Source of the DNA: an uncultured Thermoplasmatales archaeon | GTDB lineage: Archaea > Thermoplasmatota > E2 > DHVEG-1 | Assembly (NCBI GenBank): GCA_964638175.1 | Contig: CAZWZY010000001.1 | Coordinates: 62,257 to 126,256, forward strand | Length of the DNA: 64,000 nucleotides | Reading direction: 5' to 3' | Part shown: piece by piece, positions 51,966 through 62,203 of the stretch | Numbering within the stretch: position 1 is the stretch's first letter | How the letters are laid out: every line of letters starts with the position of its first letter | Translations under genes and position numbers: made by a program | Notes under the pieces: model-generated | Database searches by the model: none | What the model was told of the DNA's origin: nothing | Seen by the model: only the letters and a program-made list of their open reading frames with translations

Positions 51966-53302
51966 TAGATCTTCTATTATTGGTCCTTTTTTGCCTGATG
52001 GGTGTTATTACTGGAATTGCAACGGGGCTTCTCCCAGGATTGCATGTGAATAATATTGCACTCATCTTACTTTCTTTGTCAGGGGTTATCATTGGCGCGT
52101 TTAGTTTTTTATTTGAATTTGGCGTGTCAGAACAATTTATATTAGTTCTCATTGCAGTCTATATCATCTCCACTTCTATTAGTCACACCTTTCACGACGT
52201 CATTCCTTCCACGTTCCTCGGAGCACCTGATGAAGATACCGCACTTACTGTTCTCCCGGCACATTCTCTGTTGCTTGAAGGAAAAGGATACGAGGCTGTA
52301 GCACTTTCTGCACTAGGAAGCTATGGGGCAATTGTATTTTGCTTTCTTTTGTTAATTCCCCTTCGCCTCCTCATTGGAACGCCAATACAGCTATATGCAA
52401 CGTTACGCGAAATCATGCTTTGGGTGCTTATTGCCATTTCCATTCTTATGATAGCAACAGAAAAAGGAAAAATACATGCATTTCATGCAAAACCACCTCT
52501 CCCTTCATTTATAGGGATGTTATTTGCACTTTTTCTTTTTGTATTGTCAGGTATCTTTGGATTAATTATTTTTGATTTTTCTGTCGATTCCCCCATAGGT
52601 CTCTCATCACCAGTTTTATTTCCTGCTCTTGCTGGACTTTTTGGTACACCAACTCTTTTAACTTCCCTTCTTACAAAACCCACTATCCCCAAGCAAGATC
52701 TTACATTTCCCTCTCTTGATAAAAAAACCAAAAATTCCTCGGTATTATCTGTTATTACTGGAAGTTTTGGAGGTATTCTCGTATCTATCATTCCTGGCAT
52801 TACTTCTGCAACAGGAACCATTCTTGCAATGACCGCTAGGGGAGAGTCGGATAAGAGACAAACCATCATTACCCTTTCTGCAGTAAATACAGCATGTGCG
52901 TTCTTTGTCGTCGTTGTACTCTTTATTATCCTTCGGTCAAGGAGCGGGGCGACACTTGCAGTAAAACAACTTATTGCAGTAGAAGAATGGACGATGTTAC
53001 TTATGCCAGCACATTTAACATATTTTTTGATTGCGTTACTTCTGGGTGGCACATTGTCTTATTTTTTCACTCTTTTCATTGGCAAACTCTTTGCTAAATA
53101 TTTTGCCAACATCCCCTATACAAAACTTGTTCTGTTTACCCTTGCTATCATAACCCTTTTAGTTTTTCTTTTTACAGGGCTGGCGGGGCTACTAATCCTC
53201 ATTGTTGCAACCTGTATTGGGCTCCTCCCAGTCAATTGGGGAGTGCGGCGGAGCCATTGTATGGGCATTCTCCTTCTTCCTATCATTCTTTATTTTGTTT
53301 GA
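51962..53302 (+). CDS. TctA-family / DUF112 integral membrane protein
   Basis: …GIATGLLPGLHVNNIALIL… repeated DUF112-type segments across ~12 TM helices. Confidence 0.6.
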   Translation: MIDLLLLVLFCLMGVITGIATGLLPGLHVNNIALILLSLSGVIIGAFSFLFEFGVSEQFILVLIAVYIISTSISHTFHDVIPSTFLGAPDEDTALTVLPAHSLLLEGKGYEAVALSALGSYGAIVFCFLLLIPLRLLIGTPIQLYATLREIMLWVLIAISILMIATEKGKIHAFHAKPPLPSFIGMLFALFLFVLSGIFGLIIFDFSVDSPIGLSSPVLFPALAGLFGTPTLLTSLLTKPTIPKQDLTFPSLDKKTKNSSVLSVITGSFGGILVSIIPGITSATGTILAMTARGESDKRQTIITLSAVNTACAFFVVVVLFIILRSRSGATLAVKQLIAVEEWTMLLMPAHLTYFLIALLLGGTLSYFFTLFIGKLFAKYFANIPYTKLVLFTLAIITLLVFLFTGLAGLLILIVATCIGLLPVNWGVRRSHCMGILLLPIILYFV

Positions 53303-53786
53303 TCACGATCTGATTTACTGATGCAAAAAATTCAGAAAGAGAAACCCCTGTTGCTTTACCAAAAAGCAGGGCAGCAACCTCAGAGGAGATGTGTTTTTTC
53401 TTTGCCAATTCCCGTACCTTCTCATGCACCCCCCCCTCTTTCATTGCACGTTCTTTGGCGATTTTTTGTATTATTGATCGTAACACAGATTCACTTATTT
53501 GTCCACTCTTTTTCACGTCCTCTCCCTCATCTTGTATGGTGGCTTGAGATGGTTGAAAACCGACAGGAACAGATACCGAGTCAATATTGAAGGTAGGTGA
53601 TAAAGCGTCATCTCGTTTCGTCAACAACTTTTTTGTTATCGCCTTTTCCACAAAATTTTTTGCTTGTGTTGGAGAAAACCAGTTAAGATCCATGGATAGT
53701 GAGAGGCAAAAATCAGAAACCGAAATCTTTGTTTCCCCCTCTCGTTTAAAAAGAAAAGTGATGACAATTTCTTCTTCAGAGGCCAT
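53283..53786 (-). CDS. Hypothetical protein (167 aa)
   Basis: ORF only. Overlaps the 5' neighbour by 11 nt, so probably co-transcribed with it. Confidence 0.35.
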   Translation of the reverse strand: MASEEEIVITFLFKREGETKISVSDFCLSLSMDLNWFSPTQAKNFVEKAITKKLLTKRDDALSPTFNIDSVSVPVGFQPSQATIQDEGEDVKKSGQISESVLRSIIQKIAKERAMKEGGVHEKVRELAKKKHISSEVAALLFGKATGVSLSEFFASVNQIVIKQNKE

Positions 53787-54375
53787 TCCCCTTCACCTTC
53801 TTCCAATAGGGCAAATCAGTAATCAACCCGGTTATGTCCTTGTTTTTCCAGTATTTGAAATGATCAAGAGAACCATCATAAACAAATACTTTATATCCTT
53901 TTTTTCCAGTATGTAGGAGGTGTTGGTATCTTCGCGAATCCATTTGCGCATCACTACTAAACAAAACAACACCCGCTTCTTGTCCCAATTGTTCTGTGGA
54001 TGGACTGATTACCGTGTTGTTGAAAATACCGGCGAAGAGAAACACCTCATTTTCTGTTAATTCTTTGATGGTAGAAAGATCTATACTTCTCCACACCGTT
54101 TGCCTCACGGTTAATGTTGTTATACCAGTCATGAGCATATCGACAACATCACCAGACGTTCTCGGTCCTCCGTCAACCCAAAGGGTGTACCGCTCTGATA
54201 ACTTCTGATAGAGACAAAGATTTGGCTTATCTTTTTCTATACCATCGTGGTCATAGAGATACACTTTTTCGTCAGAAGGAACGGCATCAAAAAGATCACT
54301 AAGAGAGAGCACAGCTCCTATCATACTGTTGTATGTCCTTCTTTTATGCAGATGGATGGCAGGAAGTATCTCCAT
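53776..54375 (-). CDS. HisA/HisF-related TIM-barrel-like protein (COG1411-like)
   Basis: MEILPAIHLHK… parallels the HisA start IIPAIDLKDG… with Asp replaced by His. …WVDGGPRTSGDVVDMLMTGITTL… parallels the HisA GGGIRS…G motif. Only 199 aa long. Confidence 0.4.
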   Translation of the reverse strand: MEILPAIHLHKRRTYNSMIGAVLSLSDLFDAVPSDEKVYLYDHDGIEKDKPNLCLYQKLSERYTLWVDGGPRTSGDVVDMLMTGITTLTVRQTVWRSIDLSTIKELTENEVFLFAGIFNNTVISPSTEQLGQEAGVVLFSSDAQMDSRRYQHLLHTGKKGYKVFVYDGSLDHFKYWKNKDITGLITDLPYWKKVKGNGL

Positions 54376-54441
54376 AGATGGATAAACCCCTTAGCATACT
54401 AAAAATTTTTTGAAGAAAACAGAAAAAATAAATGTAACGCC

Positions 54442-56853
54442 CTATCTATTAAACCGTTTTTCTGCCTCAGCAATGGTCAAACGTGTCTTAATAACCGTGT
54501 CTGGATTGAGAGATATACTGTCGATGCCACATTCTACAAGATATTCTGCAAACTCAGGAAAATCTGAAGGCGCTTGGCCACATATTCCTACTTTCCTTCG
54601 TGGTTGGTGCTCGTGGGCAACATCAATAGCTTGTTTAACAAGCCGTTTTACCGCATCATTTCGTTCATCAAAAATGTGAGCAACAAGATCAGAATCTCGA
54701 TCAAGTCCTAGAGTCAGTTGAGTAAGATCATTTGATCCGATACTAAATCCATCAAAAATATCTGCAAATTGATCGGCAACAACAACATTTGAAGGTATCT
54801 CACACATAACATAAATCTCTAGACCATTTTCTCCCTGTTTTAAACCAAATTCTTGCATTATTTCTACTACCTTTCGACCTTCATCAGGCGTTCTACAAAA
54901 CGGTATCATCGGTTTAATATTCGTTAGTCCCATCTCATCTCTTGCTTTTTTTAACGCTCTACATTCCAATCCAAAAGCTGGTTTAAACTTTTCATCGTAG
55001 TACCTAGAAGCACCTCTCCATCCAATCATTGGATTGTGCTCTTCAGGTTCATAAAGATATCCACCTATTAAATTTGCATATTCATTTGTTTTAAAATCAG
55101 ACATTCTAACTATGACATCATTTGGATAAAACCCAGCAGCAATTTTTGCAATACCTCTGGCAAGCGTATCTACAAAAAATTCAACCTTATCTTCATAACC
55201 TACACTTTTTTCATCAATTTTTTTGATAACATCTGCAATTTTTTCATCGGACTTTTCCTTCAACTCCTCATATTCAAGAAGCGCGAGAGGGTGAATCCCG
55301 ATGTGAGAGTTAATAATGAATTCTTCTCTTGCAAGACCAACACCATCATTTGGTATTTGTCCCTGAGAAAATGCCTTTTCTGGCACCCCCACATTCATCA
55401 TGACTTGTGTTTTCGTCTCAGGGACGTTGTCTAATTTCAACTCATCAACTCTGAACTTTAAAAGCCCTTCATAGATTCTTCCCACTCCTTCTGAACAGTC
55501 TACCGTTACTTCTTGTTCATTTTTCAATAAGGTTGTTCCATTTCCTGTTCCAATAACACAAGGGATGCCCAATTCACGGCTTATGATGGCGGCATGGCAC
55601 GTCCGGCCTCCGCTATTCGTAATAATCGCACCCGCGACCTTCATAATCGGCTCCCAATCAGGATCAGTCATATCGGTGACGAGAACCTGTCCTTTTTTGA
55701 ATTGATCAATGTTTTCAGCTTTTTCAATAACGTTTACTTTTCCTTGCCCGATTTTGCTCCCCACTGCTTCTCCTTCAACCAGGATGCTTCCTTTTTCTTC
55801 AAGAACATATGTTTTTAATAAGGCAACATCTTTTTGAGAATGAACTGTTTCAGGTCTTGCTTGGACTATAAATAGTTCTTCAGTTTTCCCATCTTTTGCC
55901 CATTCAATATCCATAGGTTTTTGATAATGGTCTTCAATCACACTTGCCCAATGAGCAAGTTTTAGTACCTCATCATCACTGATAACAAATTTATTCCTCT
56001 CTTCTTCTTTTACGTTTTGTTGGGAGGTCCCCCCTTCACTATAGATCATGCGCTTTTCCTTTGATCCTAGCTTTTTTTCCAATATTGGTCTTAACCCGGG
56101 GTTAAGCGTTGGCTTAAATACATAAAACTGATCAGGGTTAACAGTACCTTGAACCACATTTTCTCCAAGGCCATATGCACCAGTGATATATACCGCATCT
56201 TTAAATCCACTTTCAGTATCAATAGAGAACATGACTCCTGATGAGGCAAGGTCAGAGCGAACCATTTTTTGCACTCCAACAGACAAATAGACACTAAAAT
56301 GATCAAAGCCCTTGTCCACCCGATAGGATATTGCTCTGTTCGTAAAGAGAGAGGCGAAACACTCTCTCACTTTTTCAACAAGGGCATCTTCGCCCCTAAC
56401 ATTGAGATACGTCTCTTGTTGACCAGCAAAACTTGCATCAGGCAAATCCTCAGCAGTTGCACTACTTCGAACGGCCACGTCACAATTTTTACCATACTTT
56501 TCTTCCATCTCTCGGTAATGTTTTCTAATATCCTCTTCGAGCTCAGGGGGGAGTGGCGTGTTTTTTATTAAATCTCTGACTTTCTTTCCCCGCTCAGCGA
56601 GGTTTTTTACATCATGGGTGTCAAGATCATCTAAGATTTTCTTAATTTTCTTATCAATCCCTGCTTTCTCAATGGTATATTTGTAAGCATATGCAGTGAC
56701 TGCAAAACCAGAGGGAACATTCACTCCCTTTTCTCCAAGATTGCGGATCATCTCACCAAGGGATGCATTTTTTCCCCCAACTGAAGCGACATCTTGTATT
56801 GTCAACTCTTCAAACCATTTATTAAATTCTTCAATCATTGAACTCTCTCCCAA
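54442..56853 (-). CDS. ppsA: Phosphoenolpyruvate synthase
   Basis: ATP-grasp N-terminus, central phospho-histidine domain (…GGRTCHAAIISRELGIP…) and a C-terminal PEP-utilising TIM barrel. Confidence 0.9.
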   Translation of the reverse strand: MGESSMIEEFNKWFEELTIQDVASVGGKNASLGEMIRNLGEKGVNVPSGFAVTAYAYKYTIEKAGIDKKIKKILDDLDTHDVKNLAERGKKVRDLIKNTPLPPELEEDIRKHYREMEEKYGKNCDVAVRSSATAEDLPDASFAGQQETYLNVRGEDALVEKVRECFASLFTNRAISYRVDKGFDHFSVYLSVGVQKMVRSDLASSGVMFSIDTESGFKDAVYITGAYGLGENVVQGTVNPDQFYVFKPTLNPGLRPILEKKLGSKEKRMIYSEGGTSQQNVKEEERNKFVISDDEVLKLAHWASVIEDHYQKPMDIEWAKDGKTEELFIVQARPETVHSQKDVALLKTYVLEEKGSILVEGEAVGSKIGQGKVNVIEKAENIDQFKKGQVLVTDMTDPDWEPIMKVAGAIITNSGGRTCHAAIISRELGIPCVIGTGNGTTLLKNEQEVTVDCSEGVGRIYEGLLKFRVDELKLDNVPETKTQVMMNVGVPEKAFSQGQIPNDGVGLAREEFIINSHIGIHPLALLEYEELKEKSDEKIADVIKKIDEKSVGYEDKVEFFVDTLARGIAKIAAGFYPNDVIVRMSDFKTNEYANLIGGYLYEPEEHNPMIGWRGASRYYDEKFKPAFGLECRALKKARDEMGLTNIKPMIPFCRTPDEGRKVVEIMQEFGLKQGENGLEIYVMCEIPSNVVVADQFADIFDGFSIGSNDLTQLTLGLDRDSDLVAHIFDERNDAVKRLVKQAIDVAHEHQPRRKVGICGQAPSDFPEFAEYLVECGIDSISLNPDTVIKTRLTIAEAEKRFNR

Positions 56854-56941
56854 AGGGTAAAGGTAATAATATAAGCCTATTTATAAACTCTCTTTCAAAA
56901 TAGATACATATGGCCTAAAAAACAATTTCAATTATCGCTCT

Positions 56942-57487
56942 TCACTCTTCTAAAAAGACAGCAGCAGCAAGAACAGTTGTCCACAGCCCGTGTTTATCTC
57001 CTTGTGCTGTTTGTACGATGCTCTGCGTCCGAACGAATTGTCCACTCATTTTGTATTCTTGTTTCCGCTCATCCCATGCTTTATCAACATCGAATTCTAG
57101 TCCCAGGGTAGTCGCAAGCATACTTGCTGCAAGATCTTCAGCATGATCTCCTACAATTTTTGCAACTTGCCCAAAGCTGTGATGTTCTGAAATATAGCCA
57201 TAGGTATTTTCTTCCTTTGGAGTGGCAACGCCTATTGCAGCACCCACCAGCCTGTTCGGCTCATTTGTTTTATTCCTTGACATGACACAGTAAGTAATTT
57301 GTCCAGGTCTGAGCGATTCAACGCCCTTTTCTTTTGAAATAATTCTACACCTTGGAGGCACAATACTAGAAACATTTACAAGATTACATTTTTCTATTCC
57401 TGCATTGCGAAGGGCAAGTTCAAAAGACTGCAATTCGTGTTTATGCCTCCCTACGCCTTTGGTGAAAAAAACTCGTTTTGGTACCAT
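56942..57487 (-). CDS. pdaD: Pyruvoyl-dependent arginine decarboxylase
   Basis: [45 protein letters not shown]… including the Ser-Ser self-cleavage site. Confidence 0.9.
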   Translation of the reverse strand: MVPKRVFFTKGVGRHKHELQSFELALRNAGIEKCNLVNVSSIVPPRCRIISKEKGVESLRPGQITYCVMSRNKTNEPNRLVGAAIGVATPKEENTYGYISEHHSFGQVAKIVGDHAEDLAASMLATTLGLEFDVDKAWDERKQEYKMSGQFVRTQSIVQTAQGDKHGLWTTVLAAAVFLEE

Positions 57488-57534
57488 ACTTTCTCGGGAA
57501 TAATTTTTGTCTTATAAAGATATCTATGGAGCAA

Positions 57535-58434
57535 TTACAATTCTCCCTCTTCTTTTGTGTCTTCGTCTTCACCTTCTACCTCTGTTTGCCTTTTAAGAAG
57601 ATCCCTCATTTGCTTTTGTATATCAACCTGCTCTTTCTGGAAGGCCACTTGTTCTTGCTGATAAGGAGTAATAACACTTCCCTGCACCATGCTTTCAACC
57701 AACTTCCGAATTTCTTTATAGGGATAGACGCCGTGCAATTCGTAATAACTTCTTGCTCGAGGGGTCTGTACGTCTTTTCCTCCACCAAAAAATCCAAGGA
57801 TCCCTCCTCCTTTTTTCCCTCCAAGTTCTACACCACCACCAGCAAACGATTTATCACTACCGAGTCCAAATCCTGATTGACTGATGGGAATAATAGTGCC
57901 AAAGCTAAAAATTTGGCCAAGAACCCCTTGCTTGGCATTAATATCGGTAATTTTATCATACCGCAACGTCCTTTCTTGTTTTGTGATAATTCCCCCTTTG
58001 AAAATTATCCGAAGATTAGAAATGATGTATTTATGGGAACGTCGATATAGTTCAACAAGTAAAAAACCAATAACAGATACAGCAATGGAAAAGAATGGGA
58101 CAAAGAGTGCTGCTTCAGGCACCCAACTCTGCCAAACCATCAAACCCACGCCACCAAGAAATATGCCAATGAAGAGCAAAAAAATTCTCCATCTAATGGT
58201 AACGAGGGATGCAAAAATACCAACAACAACCAACACAGAACCCCAGACAAGAACAGGTAACCATTCATTTGAAGAAAAGAGCCCTCTAAATTCAGAAAAG
58301 TTAACCAACCATCCAACAAGAACGCCCCACACAATTAAAAAAATACATAAAGCTTGCAACCTCATAAACGACAAAGGATGAGGAGAAAGTACTTTCTCCA
58401 CCTTTTCATCATTCAGCAGATCATCCTGATTCAT
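57535..58434 (-). CDS. Membrane protein with a bacterial-PH (bPH_2, YdbS/YdbT-like) domain
   Basis: …LRIIFKGGIITKQERTLRYDKITDINAKQGVLGQIFSFGTIIPIS… flanked by TM helices, with a Glu-rich C-terminal tail. Confidence 0.55.
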   Translation of the reverse strand: MNQDDLLNDEKVEKVLSPHPLSFMRLQALCIFLIVWGVLVGWLVNFSEFRGLFSSNEWLPVLVWGSVLVVVGIFASLVTIRWRIFLLFIGIFLGGVGLMVWQSWVPEAALFVPFFSIAVSVIGFLLVELYRRSHKYIISNLRIIFKGGIITKQERTLRYDKITDINAKQGVLGQIFSFGTIIPISQSGFGLGSDKSFAGGGVELGGKKGGGILGFFGGGKDVQTPRARSYYELHGVYPYKEIRKLVESMVQGSVITPYQQEQVAFQKEQVDIQKQMRDLLKRQTEVEGEDEDTKEEGEL

Positions 58435-59521
58435 CTGTCTCGTCCTCGATACTTGGTAGTGCCTTCATATCAATTTTAGCTTTAAAGGTATTGCTCTTCT
58501 TCTTTTTCTTTTTTCTTACTAACAGATAGATTACGAGCGTTGTAATTCCTATCATGACGACTAACGATATGCTTTTTTCCCAGGGGGTTTGAATAAAGAG
58601 AAACACCGTTCGCGTAAGAATATAAGAGAGCGGGAGCGTAATATAGGGGAGGAATTTTTTATATCCTTGGATGGTATCGGTGGTTTTTATCAGCAATAAA
58701 AGAAGATGGGTTATTAGTAGAGAGACAATAGAAATAATAGATAGCCACCCAAAGATGGCAAACAGGCCCACATACCATTGTTGACCGAGCGCAAGAGAGA
58801 TGTAAAACAACACGTATGCAAGTAAAAACAAGAGAACGACATACAATGGTCGATGGACAACGTGTGACCAGATGTTCTTTAAATCATAAAGCATGTCCAC
58901 TTTTTCTTGCTTTTTTTCTCCGATATAGCTTGGTCGTATCCCGAGACCAAGAAAGAGGAGCAACAGAAAAAACCCAAGATGCCCCGGATGTAAAAGATCA
59001 ATTGACGCCAAGAACCCAAAAAAATGCTGAGCAAAGATATGCAAACTTCTACCAAACGTAACAATTTGTTCAGTAAAGGTATACTGAAGGTTGATAAGTT
59101 CGGGAGGAGTCGCAATCTCAAAGCCTCTAGGTGTTGAGGCATAGATAGAAGAGATGTAGAGACAAACAAGAAGAAGCGATGCAGGAACAAAAAAAGGACC
59201 TAAGAAAAGAAAAGAATTCGAAATCCACTCAAACACTCCTTTTCTCTCTTTTTTTGGAGAAACTTTACCATAATCCACACTTACATAAAACTCTGAGATG
59301 CCGCTTTTTGTTACCGTATATCCAAGGGCGTGACAAATCGTCTGAAATAAAATTCCAAGAAAATTAGTAAACCGACAGAGCGGTTCGTGTTTTGGCCGAA
59401 TTTTTTCTAGTAGATACTTCTGACTTTCAATAAACAATAGTTGTATAAACCACAGCAACAACACACCCAATATCGGTGCAAGTGGCGCAAATATCAGAAT
59501 ATCTACAAGCGAGCCTGCCAT
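58421..59521 (-). CDS. Polytopic integral membrane protein, unknown function
   Basis: About 9 predicted TM helices and a Lys-rich loop (RKKKKKKS). Overlaps the downstream bPH_2 gene by 14 nt. Confidence 0.4.
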   Translation of the reverse strand: MAGSLVDILIFAPLAPILGVLLLWFIQLLFIESQKYLLEKIRPKHEPLCRFTNFLGILFQTICHALGYTVTKSGISEFYVSVDYGKVSPKKERKGVFEWISNSFLFLGPFFVPASLLLVCLYISSIYASTPRGFEIATPPELINLQYTFTEQIVTFGRSLHIFAQHFFGFLASIDLLHPGHLGFFLLLLFLGLGIRPSYIGEKKQEKVDMLYDLKNIWSHVVHRPLYVVLLFLLAYVLFYISLALGQQWYVGLFAIFGWLSIISIVSLLITHLLLLLIKTTDTIQGYKKFLPYITLPLSYILTRTVFLFIQTPWEKSISLVVMIGITTLVIYLLVRKKKKKKSNTFKAKIDMKALPSIEDETDESG

Positions 59522-59568
59522 CTCTCTCCACTACATGATAGTGAGTGCGTTGTATAAAATCTTATCTT

Positions 59569-59991
59569 TTACACCACGCGCATCTCTATTGGGTCTCCGG
59601 TGTGGTCAAATGCTTTCCATGATGTTTCATTATACGGAGTCGCAACAATGATGTGCACCCGTCCATGTTTCCGAAACAACTCGAGATCAGCATCTGAAGG
59701 TCGGGGTACGCCCAACGGATGACTATGCACCGTCCCTACAATACTAAAATCGACTGGCATCATATGTAACTGGAAAATGGCATGAGAGTCACCCGATATC
59801 GTCCCTGGGAGTAGCATCACTTCTGTTATCGTCTGTTTTGTTGTTTCATCAACCCGAAGTAACCCTCCAAATTCTTTTGGATATGTTGACTTCGCAGATT
59901 CCAAAATAAGCCGTAAACACCGTTTGGTAATTTGCCATTCTCTCTTAGAGTTTGGCCTACCCGTCTTATTCTTTTTCTTAAAAAAAGGCAT
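59569..59991 (-). CDS. JAMM/MPN+ metalloprotease (candidate SAMP/ubiquitin-like deconjugase)
   Basis: E…HSHP-x7-SDAD reproduces the E-x(n)-HxH-x7-S-xxD JAMM motif in a 140-aa protein. Confidence 0.75.
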   Translation of the reverse strand: MPFFKKKNKTGRPNSKREWQITKRCLRLILESAKSTYPKEFGGLLRVDETTKQTITEVMLLPGTISGDSHAIFQLHMMPVDFSIVGTVHSHPLGVPRPSDADLELFRKHGRVHIIVATPYNETSWKAFDHTGDPIEMRVV

Positions 59992-59996
59992 TGCCC

Positions 59997-60809
59997 TTAA
60001 CGCACCAGTTTTAATCGAACCATTTGATAAAATGTTTCCCCAAATCGTACAAATCGTGCTTTTCTCTCAGAATAAGTAACCAAGATTTCACTATCTTTAG
60101 TGACTGGCTGAGCAGATTCTCCATCGATAACTATCTTTGATTCCTTGCTTTTTGGCAATAACTTGATACCCACCTTTTTTTCCAAAGGGACTATCCATGG
60201 TCGCGCTGAGAGTTTGAAAGGCGCTAACGGCGCAATAACCATTGCCTTTACCGCAGGATCAAGGATAGGCCCCCCTGCACTTAATGCATAACTTGTCGAG
60301 CCTGTTGGTGTTGCAATAATCACACCATCCGCTCCTAACGTTTCAATCAATTCTCCCTCAACAAATAATTGTAAGTAAATGATTTTTGCAATACGTGCGG
60401 TTTGTACGGTTACTTCATTTGCAGCATCTGGTAGTCTCTTATTATCGACTGTTGTTTTCAACTTGGCACGCTCTTCAACATTATAATTACCAGCAATAAC
60501 TTTTTTCAATCCTTCAACTGCGTATTTTGATTCCACTTCGGCAAGAAACCCCATACCGCCAGAATTGATGGCAAAAATTGGTTTTTCCACTACTTCGAGT
60601 GCACGAAGGATGGTCCCGTCGCCACCGACGGTAACTACAATATCAGCATTCTTATTCATCTCTTTCAATGAATACGATTTACTCTCAACCTGCTTTGCTA
60701 TACTTTCTTCAGCAAATACCTCGTGCGATTCATCGAGGAACTGATACACATCAACAGCAGTAGATAATGTCTTTTTCACATATGAATTGCACACAAGTCC
60801 CCATTTCAT
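59997..60809 (-). CDS. nadK: NAD kinase
   Basis: GGDGT motif (…VVTVGGDGTILRA…) and the NAD kinase C-terminal beta domain. Confidence 0.9.
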   Translation of the reverse strand: MKWGLVCNSYVKKTLSTAVDVYQFLDESHEVFAEESIAKQVESKSYSLKEMNKNADIVVTVGGDGTILRALEVVEKPIFAINSGGMGFLAEVESKYAVEGLKKVIAGNYNVEERAKLKTTVDNKRLPDAANEVTVQTARIAKIIYLQLFVEGELIETLGADGVIIATPTGSTSYALSAGGPILDPAVKAMVIAPLAPFKLSARPWIVPLEKKVGIKLLPKSKESKIVIDGESAQPVTKDSEILVTYSERKARFVRFGETFYQMVRLKLVR

Positions 60810-60821
60810 AGACTGCCTCTC

Positions 60822-62009
60822 TTATTCAGATATCTTCATCAACGGTCGCAATTTCATCAATAGTGTAGGATGTTTTAATACTAATGCCTTGATGAGACTT
60901 AGGGTACTTAACTCCTCAAATTTGTAGTCTTTCAGTGAATCGGCAAGCATATTGAACGTTTTATCATCCATATCAAGCATAATTTCTTTCACTTTATAGT
61001 TGCGTTTCATTTTCTTACTAATAACCTCTTTCCAGTGCGTCTCATATTCTATTAGAAATTCTTTGCTAAAATCTTGTGCACGGACTGCCTTTCCTATTAT
61101 CTCACCTGCTATTTTGCCAATTTCAAGGCAGTGCGTGAGCCCCCCGCCGGTGATAGGGTCGACATGTCTTGCGGCATCACCAACTAAGATAAGATTGTCT
61201 CTTACAGTTTCAATTGGGTTTGCGACAGGGACTGCTCCTGCAAGAAAACGAATTGGTTCTGCATGAGCAAATCGAGGGTCCTTTGCAATAAACTCATCGA
61301 GCAGTTTCTTTGCCATTCCCCCTTCACTGAGACTTGCTAGAATGCCAATGCCAACATTAGCCGTGTCCTTCCCTTTGGGAAATACCCACACATATCCCCC
61401 TGGAGCTATTTTTTTCCCTAGATAGAAATCACAATACGCATCCTTACAATCAACATTTGTTAACGTATATTGTGCGCACGTCTCCAAATCTTTCGGTTTG
61501 AGTGTGGTGTCGATACCAGCCCATTTACCTACTTTTGACTCAACCCCATCTGCGCCAACAACAATATCTGCTTCAATATCTATCTGCTCAACGAAATGGC
61601 ATGCTTTAATTCCCTTTATTTTTTCCCCATCTTTCAGAAGCCCAACCGCCTGGGTATTCATCATAATCTTGACACCTGCTTTTGCTGCCCTTCTTGCTAA
61701 CTCCTGATCAAAAACATCACGATAAACGACATAACCAGTCTCATTGCCTGCCATATCGGCAGAAAGTTTTACCATGGTCCCATCAGGAGAATAGATACGT
61801 GCGCCTTCCATTCTTCCTGCAATCCACCGTGTGCCTTCAAGCATATCCCAGTCATCTATCTTGCGACTGATGCCTTCACCGCAAAGAACAGGGACTCCAA
61901 TTTCTTTCCTTCGTTCTATCATTAGTACGTTTGCACCTGCTTCTGCGGCAAACCGCGCGGTGACACTCCCCGCAGGTCCACTTCCTACCACCACAACATC
62001 GTGTTTCAT
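60822..62009 (-). CDS. Geranylgeranyl reductase (digeranylgeranylglycerophospholipid reductase-type)
   Basis: MKHDVVVVGSGPAGS… FAD fold and the GGR-typical …PVLCGEGIS… motif, 395 aa. Confidence 0.85.
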   Translation of the reverse strand: MKHDVVVVGSGPAGSVTARFAAEAGANVLMIERRKEIGVPVLCGEGISRKIDDWDMLEGTRWIAGRMEGARIYSPDGTMVKLSADMAGNETGYVVYRDVFDQELARRAAKAGVKIMMNTQAVGLLKDGEKIKGIKACHFVEQIDIEADIVVGADGVESKVGKWAGIDTTLKPKDLETCAQYTLTNVDCKDAYCDFYLGKKIAPGGYVWVFPKGKDTANVGIGILASLSEGGMAKKLLDEFIAKDPRFAHAEPIRFLAGAVPVANPIETVRDNLILVGDAARHVDPITGGGLTHCLEIGKIAGEIIGKAVRAQDFSKEFLIEYETHWKEVISKKMKRNYKVKEIMLDMDDKTFNMLADSLKDYKFEELSTLSLIKALVLKHPTLLMKLRPLMKISE

Positions 62010-62011
62010 TG

Positions 62012-62203
62012 TTACAACGCTCCATCTCCACTAATAGCTCCAACAGGACATGTTCTAATGCAAATCGCACAGCTAATACACATTTCCTCGTCAACCAATG
62101 CCTTGTTAGCGTACCAAGATATTGCATTTTGAGGACATATTGATATGCACCCGCCACACACTAAACATTTCTTTGTATCTACCTTTGCTTTAGGCTTTCC
62201 CAT
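62012..62203 (-). CDS. 2x[4Fe-4S] ferredoxin (63 aa), likely GGR electron donor
   Basis: Two CxxCxxCxxxCP motifs. Sits 2 nt downstream of GGR. Confidence 0.85.
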   Translation of the reverse strand: MGKPKAKVDTKKCLVCGGCISICPQNAISWYANKALVDEEMCISCAICIRTCPVGAISGDGAL

